A DNA stretch of 64,000 bases, from the NCBI GenBank assembly GCA_963845535.1, contig CAWJSK010000019.1, positions 1 through 64,000 of the forward strand. Reading direction: 5' to 3'. Origin of the DNA: an uncultured Spirochaetota bacterium. GTDB lineage: Bacteria; Spirochaetota; Spirochaetia; SZUA-6; Fen-1364. The translations under genes and the position numbers were made by a program. Every line of letters starts with the position of its first letter. The stretch's first letter is position 1. Under the pieces are notes generated by a model. That model worked only from the letters and a program-made list of their open reading frames with translations. It ran no database searches and was not told the origin of the DNA. This document shows positions 18,923 to 28,738 of the stretch, piece after piece.

Positions 18923-19840
18923 ATGGGAAGAGCAGATGCGGACAAATACATCATCAAGGAAAACGGTGTTCCCTACCTGAACTGGAAGCGAATCAACGCT
19001 GATATCAAGAAACATCCAGAGAGAAGAACTGAACCCTATTACACATCGCTTATCAAGCACTGGCTTTCCTTGCTTCCCGATGCCTTTGAGAAGCCGTTTT
19101 ACCTTTTTGAATCAAAGGATGTTCTTTTCAATACCTACTTTGAACCGTCAGTGGGGAAGGAACGGTTCCAGATCATATGCCACATACGCACGAAGTTGAT
19201 TGAGGCGTTTGGTGATATTGTGCCAAAGGACTACGTTGGCAAGAACCTCATCCTTGAGTTCCCCACGCAAGACGACTACTACAGATACATTGCCCATTTC
19301 TATCCTGCCAAGAAAGGCAAGAGAGCTACTGTCTACCCTGCAAGCGCAGGGGTTACGCTTCATGAAGGTTACATGCAGATTGCGCTCAGCCATCAAGCAA
19401 AGACCAGTCTTTCCAGCATTGTTTCTCACGAGTTGACCCATGTCTTCCTTGCCCACTACCATCTTCCAGTATGGTTGAATGAAGGACTAGCAACGAATGC
19501 TCAATCTATGTTTGGATCGTCCAGCTACCTCTACTACCTTGGACAGTCTTCATCCCTGTCTCCTTACGAACAGCCAATGGCGAAGTGGACGAAAAAGGAT
19601 TTCAACGACTTTCTCTCTGGAAGAATGTACAGGCGATACAAGTTCCAGCACTTGTTTTACGAAACTGCTTTTGAGGTCGTTCACAACATCTTGGTCAAGA
19701 AAGTTGACCTCCCGAAGCTCTTGACCGCTATCAAGAACAAGGAGAAAGTTACTGATGCTTTGAAAAATATCACCGGGAAAGAGCTACTGGATTTCTTCCC
19801 TCCTGGAATAAAAAAGGAGATTGAGGAAGACGACCTCTGA
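18923..19840 (+). CDS. Putative zinc metallopeptidase (gluzincin, peptidase MA-like)
   Basis: HELTH..LPVWLNEGLA. Confidence 0.75.
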   Translation: MGRADADKYIIKENGVPYLNWKRINADIKKHPERRTEPYYTSLIKHWLSLLPDAFEKPFYLFESKDVLFNTYFEPSVGKERFQIICHIRTKLIEAFGDIVPKDYVGKNLILEFPTQDDYYRYIAHFYPAKKGKRATVYPASAGVTLHEGYMQIALSHQAKTSLSSIVSHELTHVFLAHYHLPVWLNEGLATNAQSMFGSSSYLYYLGQSSSLSPYEQPMAKWTKKDFNDFLSGRMYRRYKFQHLFYETAFEVVHNILVKKVDLPKLLTAIKNKEKVTDALKNITGKELLDFFPPGIKKEIEEDDL

Positions 19841-19950
19841 AAGAAGCCGCAAAGCTAAGAGGCGAGAAATGAAGCCGACTTGAAGGCTTCAAGATGGGTC
19901 GGCATAGATCACACTGAACTTCCCCGTAGGGAGAAAGACAAGCCTGAGAG

Positions 19951-20553
19951 TCACTGTTCATCTTCTACTGCTTGGAGTTCTTCTAGCAAACCATCTTCTG
20001 TCAGGTCCAGTTCTTTCTTCATTTTCTCAATCCACTCCCTATCAAGTTCGTTATTGACAGATGAAAGATTACATCCAAGTTCTTCATCAAACATTCTTAC
20101 AATCCCCGGATGGGGGTGAGCTTGTGGACGAATGTTTCTCAAAATCATCATGGCTTTTTCCTCGGAACCTGTGATCATGAAGAGATACCCTAGCGCAAAA
20201 GCAGCGGAGCGGGAAATGCCTTGCCAACAATGGAGCGTGTATCCTTCTGTGTGTTCTTTGGTCTGATTGAAGAACCGTATGGCTTTTCGGATATCGGATT
20301 TCTTAGGAACTCTTTTCGGAAACTGACGAGGATTCAAATGGCTTTTCTTCTCCACATCGTAGAAGGAAAGCCTTAGAATCCTTTTGAAGCGTTTCCGAAA
20401 GACCTTTGGCATTTTAGTATCAGGGCGGTTAATGGTGAATAGAGAGATCGGGTTGCCTATTGAGACGAGGCAGGAGTAGTGTGGCTTGTTAATCGAGTCT
20501 TCAAGTTCGACTTGGCCAAGAACCTCAACTCCTTTAGCTTTCATTTCCCCCAT
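19951..20553 (-). CDS. Protein-tyrosine/dual-specificity phosphatase-like protein
   Basis: HCWQGISRSAA (CX5R), LSFYDV, RPQAHPH. Confidence 0.8.
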   Translation of the reverse strand: MGEMKAKGVEVLGQVELEDSINKPHYSCLVSIGNPISLFTINRPDTKMPKVFRKRFKRILRLSFYDVEKKSHLNPRQFPKRVPKKSDIRKAIRFFNQTKEHTEGYTLHCWQGISRSAAFALGYLFMITGSEEKAMMILRNIRPQAHPHPGIVRMFDEELGCNLSSVNNELDREWIEKMKKELDLTEDGLLEELQAVEDEQ

Positions 20554-20797
20554 TGTTGTCCTAAAATCCCTAGAATGACATTGCTCGGGTTCCCGCGCAG
20601 GATTACTCTCCGCATGAGAGAGTTGTGGCGATTTGCGGCCCTTTCCCATCGGAACGGGACGAAGGAAGTACTTCCTCTCCACCACTTTTTGGAGGTATTC
20701 TATCCTTGACGAGAGCAACGATTGGAAAATTCTTAGAGTCAATTTCCTTTCCACTACTTTTTATAGGTATCTTTTGAGGGAAGAAGGGAGTGAAGAT

Positions 20798-21229
20798 ATG
20801 CCGGTTCGAAAAGGTCATGGTGAATGGCATGGAGACCTTCCGAAAGGAAAGGGAACCCTTGGCACTGAGTCGGGAGCGCTGAAAGAGGTCCCCTACAGCT
20901 TCTCCTCGCGATTCGAATCAGGGAAAGGGACCAATCCGGAGGAGCTTCTGGCCGCGGCGCATGCGGCCTGCTATTCCATGGCGCTCTCAGCCGGGCTCTC
21001 CGGCAAGGGCTACAAGGTGAGCTCCGTGCGAACGGAAGATTCTGTGCACATCGAGAAACAGGGAGATGGCTTTGTCATTACCACGATCGAGATCAGGACG
21101 GAAGCGTCGGTCGACGGTATCGATGATGCCACTTTCCAGAAGTTCGCCGAAGAGACCAAGATCGGCTGCCCCGTCTCCAAGGCCCTTGCCGGGCCGCGGA
21201 TGGTTTTGAAGGCCACCCTCAAGAAATAG
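20798..21229 (+). CDS. osmC: OsmC family peroxiredoxin
   Basis: SRFESGKGTNPEELLAAAHAACY, CPVSKAL. Confidence 0.95.
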   Translation: MPVRKGHGEWHGDLPKGKGTLGTESGALKEVPYSFSSRFESGKGTNPEELLAAAHAACYSMALSAGLSGKGYKVSSVRTEDSVHIEKQGDGFVITTIEIRTEASVDGIDDATFQKFAEETKIGCPVSKALAGPRMVLKATLKK

Positions 21230-21264
21230 GCTCGCGCGTATTTCGAAAGTAAGGAGGCGATCGT

Positions 21265-22833
21265 ATGAGTGAACCGGAATGGCGGAAGGTCTGTCGGCAG
21301 GCGGACCTCCTGGAAGGGATGCCGTTGCTCGCAAAGGCGGGGGAGGACGAAATATGCCTCGTCCGCCTGGACGGCAGCATCCACGCAATCGGCAACAAAT
21401 GCACCCACTATGAATGCCCCCTCAACGAGGGCCTGGTGATCGGGAACGTCGTGACCTGCAAATGCCATGACGCCCGGTTCGACCTTCGCACGGGGAAGGC
21501 GCTTGCGGCCCCCGCGTTGAACGACCTGCCGGTGTTCCCCGTGCGCGTGGAGGCGGGTGACGTCCTGGTGGGGCCGGTTGAGAAAGCCCGCTTTCCCAAA
21601 CCGCAAGGGACTGACGCCCGGACTTTTCTCATCATCGGCGGTGGAGCGGCGGGGAACGCGGCGACGGAAACGCTGCGCAGAGAAGGCTTTGCCGGACGCA
21701 TTGTGATGATCACGGCAGAGGCTGACCTTCCCTATGACAGGCCGAACCTTTCGAAGGAGTTCATGTCAGGGGACGCGAAGCCCGAGTGGATGTCCCTTCG
21801 AAGCGCCAAGTTCTACGCCAACCAGAATATCGAGGTCCTTACCGAAACGAAGGTTACATCCGTCGACCCGGGACGCAAAAGCGTGTCGCTGTCCACGGGA
21901 CAGACGCTTTCCTACGACAAGGCGCTTCTTGCCACCGGCGCCGCGCCTCGGAAGCTGCCGGTCTCCGGAGCGGACGGCCAGGGCTGCTACCAGCTTCGAA
22001 GCTTTGCGGACGGGCGCCTCCTTGCCGAAGCCGCCGGCACAGCAAAAAGGGCGCTCATCATCGGCTCGGGATTCATCGGCATGGAGCTCGCAAGCTCGCT
22101 CAGGAAGCGCGGCCTTGACGTGACCGTAGTCACCCCTGAGCCGGTGCCTTTTGCCAAGGTGGTCGGAGAGAAAGTCGCAGCCGTTCTCCGCGGGAGACAC
22201 GAGAAGGACGGAGTCACGTTCGTCACGGGCGCTTCTGTCACACAGATCTCGGGCGGCAGAGGGTCGAAGGTTGCCGCTCTATCCGACGGGAAACGGCTGG
22301 AAGCGGATTTCATCGTTTATGGAATCGGCGTTCAACCGGCCGTGGAATACCTTGGCGGCACTGATATCATGCAGGACGGGGCAGTTCCCGTGAACGGGCA
22401 GCTTCGGACGAAACACGCGGACCTTTTTGCCGCAGGGGACATTGCGGCGGTGACCGACCCGCTTTCCGGGCAGAGCGTCCGCATCGAGCACTGGGTGGTT
22501 GCCGAGCGTCAGGGCCAGCATGCAGCCAGGGCCATGCTCGGCTCGAATGCCCCGTACAGCGAGGCGCCGTTCTTCTGGACACGACAGACGGGGGTCAGCG
22601 TCAAGTACGTGGGCTTTGCCCGCCGGTGGGATGAGATAGCGTACAGGGGCGACGTAGAGAAAGGGAAGTTCCTGGCCGGCTACTATTCCGACGGGACGCT
22701 CATAGCTGCCTCCGCCATGGGGATGCCGAACGAGATCACCGCGGTGAAGCTCTTGATCGAGAAAAAGAAAACGCTCCCGCCGGCAAAGCTCGCCGACGGA
22801 AGCGTGGATCTGATTGCCCTGGCGCGAGGGTGA
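21265..22833 (+). CDS. Rieske 2Fe-2S / FAD-dependent oxidoreductase fusion
   Basis: CTH..CKCH Rieske motif; GGGAAG, YDRPNLSK, GSGFIG, PFFWT. Confidence 0.92.
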   Translation: MSEPEWRKVCRQADLLEGMPLLAKAGEDEICLVRLDGSIHAIGNKCTHYECPLNEGLVIGNVVTCKCHDARFDLRTGKALAAPALNDLPVFPVRVEAGDVLVGPVEKARFPKPQGTDARTFLIIGGGAAGNAATETLRREGFAGRIVMITAEADLPYDRPNLSKEFMSGDAKPEWMSLRSAKFYANQNIEVLTETKVTSVDPGRKSVSLSTGQTLSYDKALLATGAAPRKLPVSGADGQGCYQLRSFADGRLLAEAAGTAKRALIIGSGFIGMELASSLRKRGLDVTVVTPEPVPFAKVVGEKVAAVLRGRHEKDGVTFVTGASVTQISGGRGSKVAALSDGKRLEADFIVYGIGVQPAVEYLGGTDIMQDGAVPVNGQLRTKHADLFAAGDIAAVTDPLSGQSVRIEHWVVAERQGQHAARAMLGSNAPYSEAPFFWTRQTGVSVKYVGFARRWDEIAYRGDVEKGKFLAGYYSDGTLIAASAMGMPNEITAVKLLIEKKKTLPPAKLADGSVDLIALARG

Positions 22834-22876
22834 CTTCCCGACGGGTGACGTCCCCCGCGGGCGAGTCACCTGGCGT

Positions 22877-24493
22877 TCATGTCGGAGGCTGGCCCGCGGC
22901 GCGTTTCTTCTCCTTCAGGTCGTCCTTGTTCAGGATGAGGATGTTGCCCTGATCATCCTGGACGAAAACCTCTGTCCCTGAAACGGTGATGTACGTGAAC
23001 GGATCCACGGCATGCTCCGACTGCGCCTGGAGCGTCAGGGACTGGTCGAACCTGCCCAGGAAGGCGCCGTGGCCTGAGTCCATGATCGCGTACACGGAGC
23101 TCTCCGAAACGATGAGATAGCTGGAAGGGACGATGTTGTCCTTCCCCTGCTGTTGAACCACGAGCGTGGCCGGGTCCACCGACACGAGCCTTATCGCGGC
23201 GTTGCCCCCCGTTCTCCCGGCGGCAACCACGATCACGTTGCCGACGGTGACGTAGGTTCTTCCCCGCACCGTGTTCAGGTCGGATTGAGAAAGGAGCTTG
23301 CCGGAAATCCGGTCTATCAGGACGAGCTTGCCGAGGTGGTCAGGCGACTCACCCAGGTCGTAGATGAAAAGGACCTGCCCCGGTGACTGGACGGATGCCG
23401 GGGGCGCAGTCGGGGCCCGCGCGGCAGGCTGGGCTGCCTGCTGTTGCTGCTTCTGCTGAATGAGGGCTTGCTCGTCCGCCGCGATGCCTGCCCGCTGCTG
23501 CTGGACGGTCTGTTGCGCCGCCTGCTGCTGTCGCTGCTGCTGCGCGACCGCCTGTTGCTGCTGCTGCACCTGCTGCTGCTGCGTCTGAACGGCCTGCTGC
23601 TGCTGCTGCACCTGCGCCTGCTTCTGCTCGGCCGCCTGTTTCTGCTCCGGGGTTGCCGCGGGTGACGCCGCTGCCGCCTGGGCCTGCGCCGCCTCCTGCT
23701 TCGTCTTCTCGAGCTGCTGCTGTTGCTGGGCAAGCTGGTTTTTCTGCTGCTCGAGCTGCGTCTGCTGCTGTTCCAGCTTCTGCTGTCCCTGCTCCAGGCC
23801 CCGCTGCTGCAGCTCGGTGATCTGCTTGCGCTCCGGCAGCGCCTTCCCCGGCTGCGCTTGAAGGTTCTGCACGACTTTGGGGGAGGAGAGCTGGCCGGCT
23901 CCCACCGTGTTGAGGTTCCCCTTCTCCGTGCCCTGGAGGGGGATCAGCATCCGGGTCTTTCCGGGCCAGTCGGAATACTTCGTCGCTATCCCCGCGTTGT
24001 CAGCGGTGATGTTCTTCATGACGATCGTCTTGTAAACGGTCCCGAAATACTTCATATCTCCCCGAAAGACGGCGTTGTAATACACGACAAACCGGGCCAG
24101 CACCATGGCGTCCGCCGCCGAATAGGCATATGCGGACTGAAGGTATCCGCTCACCATTCGGATGACGTTGATGACGTCATCCACCTCCGCGCCCGGCTCG
24201 ATGATGAATATGTCCGCGTCGAGCTTCTGGCCCTCCGGGGCCCCCACCGCGTGGATCAGGCGGTACTTGCCGTTGTAGGAGTGTTCGGCGGGCTGGTTGC
24301 CCAGTCCTTGGCCAAGGGCCTGGCCGATCCCCAGGATCTGCTGCAGGGTGTCGATTGTCGTGTGCGGACCAACGTAGTTGATGAAGACGATGTTGGTTCC
24401 CTGCCCCTTGTTGAGCTCATCCTTGTCGACCTGGAGACCGAATGCCAGCGCCGCGCAAAGCAGCGCGAAGAGCGTAACGACCCCCGTCTTCAT
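22877..24493 (-). CDS. P83/100 family spirochaete protein with Gln-rich segment
   Basis: Signal peptide; FINYVGP, KLDADIF, FVVYYNAVFRGD, WPGKT. Confidence 0.85.
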   Translation of the reverse strand: MKTGVVTLFALLCAALAFGLQVDKDELNKGQGTNIVFINYVGPHTTIDTLQQILGIGQALGQGLGNQPAEHSYNGKYRLIHAVGAPEGQKLDADIFIIEPGAEVDDVINVIRMVSGYLQSAYAYSAADAMVLARFVVYYNAVFRGDMKYFGTVYKTIVMKNITADNAGIATKYSDWPGKTRMLIPLQGTEKGNLNTVGAGQLSSPKVVQNLQAQPGKALPERKQITELQQRGLEQGQQKLEQQQTQLEQQKNQLAQQQQQLEKTKQEAAQAQAAAASPAATPEQKQAAEQKQAQVQQQQQAVQTQQQQVQQQQQAVAQQQRQQQAAQQTVQQQRAGIAADEQALIQQKQQQQAAQPAARAPTAPPASVQSPGQVLFIYDLGESPDHLGKLVLIDRISGKLLSQSDLNTVRGRTYVTVGNVIVVAAGRTGGNAAIRLVSVDPATLVVQQQGKDNIVPSSYLIVSESSVYAIMDSGHGAFLGRFDQSLTLQAQSEHAVDPFTYITVSGTEVFVQDDQGNILILNKDDLKEKKRAAGQPPT

Positions 24494-24566
24494 GGCTTTC
24501 CCCCCTTTCCCCCTAGAAGGGTAGTCACTGGAAGCCTCGAACGCAAGGAACCGCTGGGTCCCGCTT

Positions 24567-26309
24567 CTACTGCGCCGGCGCGGACCTTCGGTCTTTCTGC
24601 AGCGCCGCAATGGCGGCGGCGCGTATCTGCTCGAAGTAGGGACCGCGGGAAATCGCGAAGAGCGTCTCCGCTGCGGCCTGGGTCATGGCGCCCGTGGAAG
24701 ATGCAATCCTGTCCAGGGCGTCCACCGTGGCGGCGGCCAGGCGGTTGTCCGCGGGGGAGGTTCCCGCCCTGACAAAAGCGGCCACGATGGTGCGGGCAGA
24801 AGATCCGTCCCCATCGAAAGCGAGACTGCCGAGGGCCCTGATCTCCTCTGAGAGCGCATAGTTGTCGGTCTCCGCGGCGGCCACGCGCATCAAAGCCCAT
24901 CGTGACCCGGCGGACCCCACCGCTCCCAGCAGGGAAGCGGCCTGGGCACGAAGGTCCGGGAAGTCGTTGATGACTTTCTGGTTGCGGTAGATCGGATCAA
25001 TCAGCCCGGTTCCCGCAAGCTGTTCGAGGATCCTGACGATGTACCACGTGCTTTTTCCCAGCGAACCAGCTTCAAGACGCGAGCGAACTTCGGAGAGAAA
25101 AAGCAGGGCCGGGTCGTGGCCGCCCGAACCGGCAAGGCTTTCCAGGTACAGGTAGTCCGGGTTGGCGTTCAGCGCGGCGTCAACTCCGCCCGGCGGCCCA
25201 AAAGGAGTGCGCCCTGAGTGCTGCTCATCGTGCCCTGCCTGCGGCCAGGGGCCGGTGATCCTTTCAGCCCCGGGCGGCCGCGGGAACGCGTACAACACCC
25301 AGTCGCGTCCCCCAAGGTAGACCGAGCCGTCGCGCGCAAGGACGGCGGCGCCCGCTGTCCCGACGCTGAAACGCTCGATGACTCCGACAGGCCGGTGCAG
25401 CAGGACGAGCGTTCCGTCCGCGGCGAATGCCAGGAGGCCGGATCCTCGGATGAGCGGTGACGAATCGAGCCCCACCCCCGTGCTCTCCCGCCACAACTCC
25501 CGGCCCGCCGCGGACAACCCGATGAGACGCCCGTCCGCCGTTGCCGCCACAATCTCGTCGGCGCCCACGGAAACTCCGCTGACGGGCGCATTCAGCATGC
25601 GGCTCCACACCACGTCGCCGTTCGGGTTTACCGCGATGACTTTCCCGTCCGCGGTCCCCACCAGCACGGTGCCGTCACGCGCAATTGCCGTTGTGGTGGG
25701 CTGCGCCTGAAGCGGGAGCGACCACCTGAACTCACCCCACTGCGTGAGGGCGTACAGCCTCCGGTCCGATGCCACAAGGTAGATCGTTCCCGCTCCGTCC
25801 ATGACGGGGGCCCCGAGCAGCGAGCCCGGGAGTGTGATGCGCCACTGTTCACGTCCTGATTCCGACAGCGAGATGAGCGTCCCCGGGCCCACCCCCACGT
25901 ACACGGTGCCGTCAGGTGCAATGAGAGGGTCAGCCACGAACAGTCCGTCGAAATGCGTCCGCCAGGCAACGACTCCGCGGGGAGTGACAGCCACGAAGTC
26001 CTTGTTCTTGAGCCCCGCGTAAATCATTCCGTCGGGGCTCACCGCAAGGCAATCCCAGGGCAACCAGCCGAGGTCTGCCTTCCACGCAAGCTCGCCGCTG
26101 GGAGAGACGGCGTAGAGATAGCCGTCCTCAGAGATGGCGTAGATGGTTCCGTCCTGCGCCACCGCGGGCCTGCTTCTGATCTGCCCGCCCGTGGCAAAGC
26201 GCCAGGCAAACGTGGCCTGCCGAGGCCGGGCAGATTCCAACCGCGCTGCCATCAGCACGGCAACAGAAATGACGACAAGGGCGATAAGGAGCGGACGCTT
26301 CCTCTTCAC
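24567..26309 (-). CDS. PQQ-like beta-propeller protein with C-terminal HEAT-like repeats (start approximate)
   Basis: Repeated DGTIY/LYA/W motifs; RAQAASLLG helical C-terminus. Confidence 0.8.
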   Translation of the reverse strand: MKRKRPLLIALVVISVAVLMAARLESARPRQATFAWRFATGGQIRSRPAVAQDGTIYAISEDGYLYAVSPSGELAWKADLGWLPWDCLAVSPDGMIYAGLKNKDFVAVTPRGVVAWRTHFDGLFVADPLIAPDGTVYVGVGPGTLISLSESGREQWRITLPGSLLGAPVMDGAGTIYLVASDRRLYALTQWGEFRWSLPLQAQPTTTAIARDGTVLVGTADGKVIAVNPNGDVVWSRMLNAPVSGVSVGADEIVAATADGRLIGLSAAGRELWRESTGVGLDSSPLIRGSGLLAFAADGTLVLLHRPVGVIERFSVGTAGAAVLARDGSVYLGGRDWVLYAFPRPPGAERITGPWPQAGHDEQHSGRTPFGPPGGVDAALNANPDYLYLESLAGSGGHDPALLFLSEVRSRLEAGSLGKSTWYIVRILEQLAGTGLIDPIYRNQKVINDFPDLRAQAASLLGAVGSAGSRWALMRVAAAETDNYALSEEIRALGSLAFDGDGSSARTIVAAFVRAGTSPADNRLAAATVDALDRIASSTGAMTQAAAETLFAISRGPYFEQIRAAAIAALQKDRRSAPAQ

Positions 26310-26411
26310 CTCCTTGAAGCTACCATCATAATGCGGTTGTCGTGAAGAGCGCCGAAGGAGGCCTCGCGCATCGCCTTGCCGCCGATAGTGAGAGTGGATA
26401 CGATCAGCGCT

Positions 26412-28439
26412 ATGATCAGTGAAAAGCTTCCCCGCATCTGGTACGGCGGTGACTATAATCCTGACCAGTGGCCTGAGGATATCTGGCAGGAAGACATGCG
26501 CCTCTTCAAGAAAGCCGGGATCAACGTAGCCACGCTGCCTGTCTTCTCCTGGGCAAAATTGCAGCCGGATGAGAGCACGTGGGACTTTGCCTGGCTGGAC
26601 CGGGCGCTGGATCTCCTGGCGAAAAACGGCATCTACGCCTGCATTGCCACTTCCACCGGAGCCGTGCCGCCGTGGCTGGCAACGAAGTATCCCGAGGTGC
26701 TGCGCACGACCTTCGACGGGAAAAGGCGCAAGTACGGGCACCGGCACAACGCCTGTCCTACGAGCCCGGCGTTCCGGCGGCTTTCGGTGCAGCTTGCCCG
26801 CAAGCTCGCAGAGCGCTACGCGGCCCATCCCGCGCTGGTGGCCTGGCACGTGAGCAACGAGTATGGGGGCCGATGCTACTGCGACAATTGCGAAAAAGCG
26901 TTTCGCGCCTGGCTTGCGAAGCGCTACGGCACGCTTGACGCGCTGAACCACGCGTGGTGGACCGGTTTCTGGGGCCATACGTTCACTGACTGGGACCAGA
27001 TCGTCGTCCCCAACATCCTGACAGAGCACATGGACGTCACCCACACGGCGTTCCAGGGGATCACGCTGGATTACTACCGCTTCGCCTCGGAGAAGCTCAT
27101 GGAATGCTTCTGCTCGGAGCGTGATGTCCTGCATGAGATCACCCCGGGGGTGAAAGTCACGACGAACCTCATGGGCGCGTACAAGGAGCTGGACTATTTC
27201 CGGTGGGCGCGGGAGATGGACATCGTTTCCTGGGACAATTACCCCGCGCTCGACACGCAAATCTCCGAGATCGCATTCCGCCATGACCTCATGCGCGGAC
27301 TGAAGGGCGGCGCGCCTTTCATGCTTATGGAGCAAACCCCCAGCCAGGTGAACTGGCACGACTACAACGGGCTGAAGCGGCCGGGCGTGATGCGCCTCAT
27401 GAGCCTCCAGGCGGTGGCGCGGGGCGCTGACACGGTGATGTTTTTCCAGTTGCGACGCAGCCGCGGCGCTTCGGAAAAGTACCACAGCGCGGTGATCGAC
27501 CACGCCGGGCATGAAAACACGCGCGTGTTCCGCGAGGTGGCCGCGCTGGGGGCGGAGCTGGCCTCCCTCGGGCCGGCGCTCCTGGATTCGAGGATCGAGT
27601 CCAGGATCGGCGTCCTGTTCGATTGGGAGAACTGGTGGGCCATCGAGATGTCCTCAGGTCCTTCCATCGCGCTGAAGTACGTCGAGCAGGTGCGCTCCTG
27701 GCACGCCGCCCTCTGGGAGCAGAGCTACGCGGTGGATGTCGTTGGGGTGGAGGATGATTTCTCCCGCTATGACCTCATCATCGCTCCCGTCCTGTATATG
27801 GTGAAGCCTGGAGTCGCGCAACGTCTCGAGGCATTCGTTTCCAGCGGCGGGACGTTTCTTACCACCTTCTTCAGCGGGATCGTGAATGAGACGGACCTTG
27901 TCACCGTGGGGGGGTACCCGGGAGAGCTTCGCAGGCTGCTGGGGATCTGGGTGGAAGAGATCGATGCGCTTCTTCCGTCCGCGCGGAACTCCATCCAGGT
28001 GAAGAAACCTTTCGGAGACCTCAAGGGCTCGTACGCCTGCGGCATCCTCTGTGACATCCTCCATTGCGAGTCAGCGGAAGAAATCGCGGCCTACGGATCC
28101 GACTTCTACGCGGGAACTCCGTCAGTCACGCGCAACAAGCTCGGGAACGGGTGGGCGTGGTACGTGGCAAGCAGCGCGGAGGCGGGCTTTCAGTCCGCCC
28201 TGGTCCGCACGCTTGCGCGGGAAAAAGGAATACAACCCGTGGCGCGCGTGCCGCGCGGCGTGGAGGCGAGCCGTCGGAAAAAAGGGACCGACTCGTTCCT
28301 GTTTCTCTTGAACCATGGGGATGAAGCGGCTCGGGTTGACGTGGAGGGAAAGTTCACGGAGCTTGCCACCGGGAAGCCGGTGAAGGGGAGCATTCAGATT
28401 CCGGGCAAGGGAGTCATGATTCTGAGAGAAGGCGCCTGA
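26412..28439 (+). CDS. Beta-galactosidase, GH42
   Basis: YGGDYNPDQW, WHVSNEY, SWDNYP, MEQTP, EKYH. Confidence 0.95.
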   Translation: MISEKLPRIWYGGDYNPDQWPEDIWQEDMRLFKKAGINVATLPVFSWAKLQPDESTWDFAWLDRALDLLAKNGIYACIATSTGAVPPWLATKYPEVLRTTFDGKRRKYGHRHNACPTSPAFRRLSVQLARKLAERYAAHPALVAWHVSNEYGGRCYCDNCEKAFRAWLAKRYGTLDALNHAWWTGFWGHTFTDWDQIVVPNILTEHMDVTHTAFQGITLDYYRFASEKLMECFCSERDVLHEITPGVKVTTNLMGAYKELDYFRWAREMDIVSWDNYPALDTQISEIAFRHDLMRGLKGGAPFMLMEQTPSQVNWHDYNGLKRPGVMRLMSLQAVARGADTVMFFQLRRSRGASEKYHSAVIDHAGHENTRVFREVAALGAELASLGPALLDSRIESRIGVLFDWENWWAIEMSSGPSIALKYVEQVRSWHAALWEQSYAVDVVGVEDDFSRYDLIIAPVLYMVKPGVAQRLEAFVSSGGTFLTTFFSGIVNETDLVTVGGYPGELRRLLGIWVEEIDALLPSARNSIQVKKPFGDLKGSYACGILCDILHCESAEEIAAYGSDFYAGTPSVTRNKLGNGWAWYVASSAEAGFQSALVRTLAREKGIQPVARVPRGVEASRRKKGTDSFLFLLNHGDEAARVDVEGKFTELATGKPVKGSIQIPGKGVMILREGA

Positions 28440-28582
28440 GGGGGAGCCGCGCGCGGCGCGGCCCCGCCCCGCGCCTTGCCCAGGTACGCTTCGGGATATG
28501 CGGGTTACGCCGCAGCTATTTGGCCCGGAAAATTGTCGACTTTTTCTTATGAGCATCAGTAGTGTCAGCGAGTTCGCAATTT

Positions 28583-28690
28583 TTCTTATCGAGAGCGACC
28601 GAGGGACGGGCCCTGTGACGTCGCGGCAACCTCCTTTCAGGGAAGGTGCCAATTCCCGCGGAACGGTGTCAGCGTTCCGGAAGATAAGGA
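28583..28690 (+). ncRNA. SAM-I (S-box) riboswitch
   Basis: TTCTTATCGAGAG..GAGGGA..GGCCC..GGCAACC..GGTGCCAATTCC..GATAAG; upstream of a methionine-pathway gene. Confidence 0.93.
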
Positions 28691-28738
28691 AGAGCGACCC
28701 CCGCCGGGATTCCTCTTCCAGTTTTGGAGGAGGGTCTC

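Noticed and set aside
24567..27512. 981-aa ORF
   Set aside because: The first ~400 aa are the antisense shadow of the GH42 gene; the real gene starts near 26309
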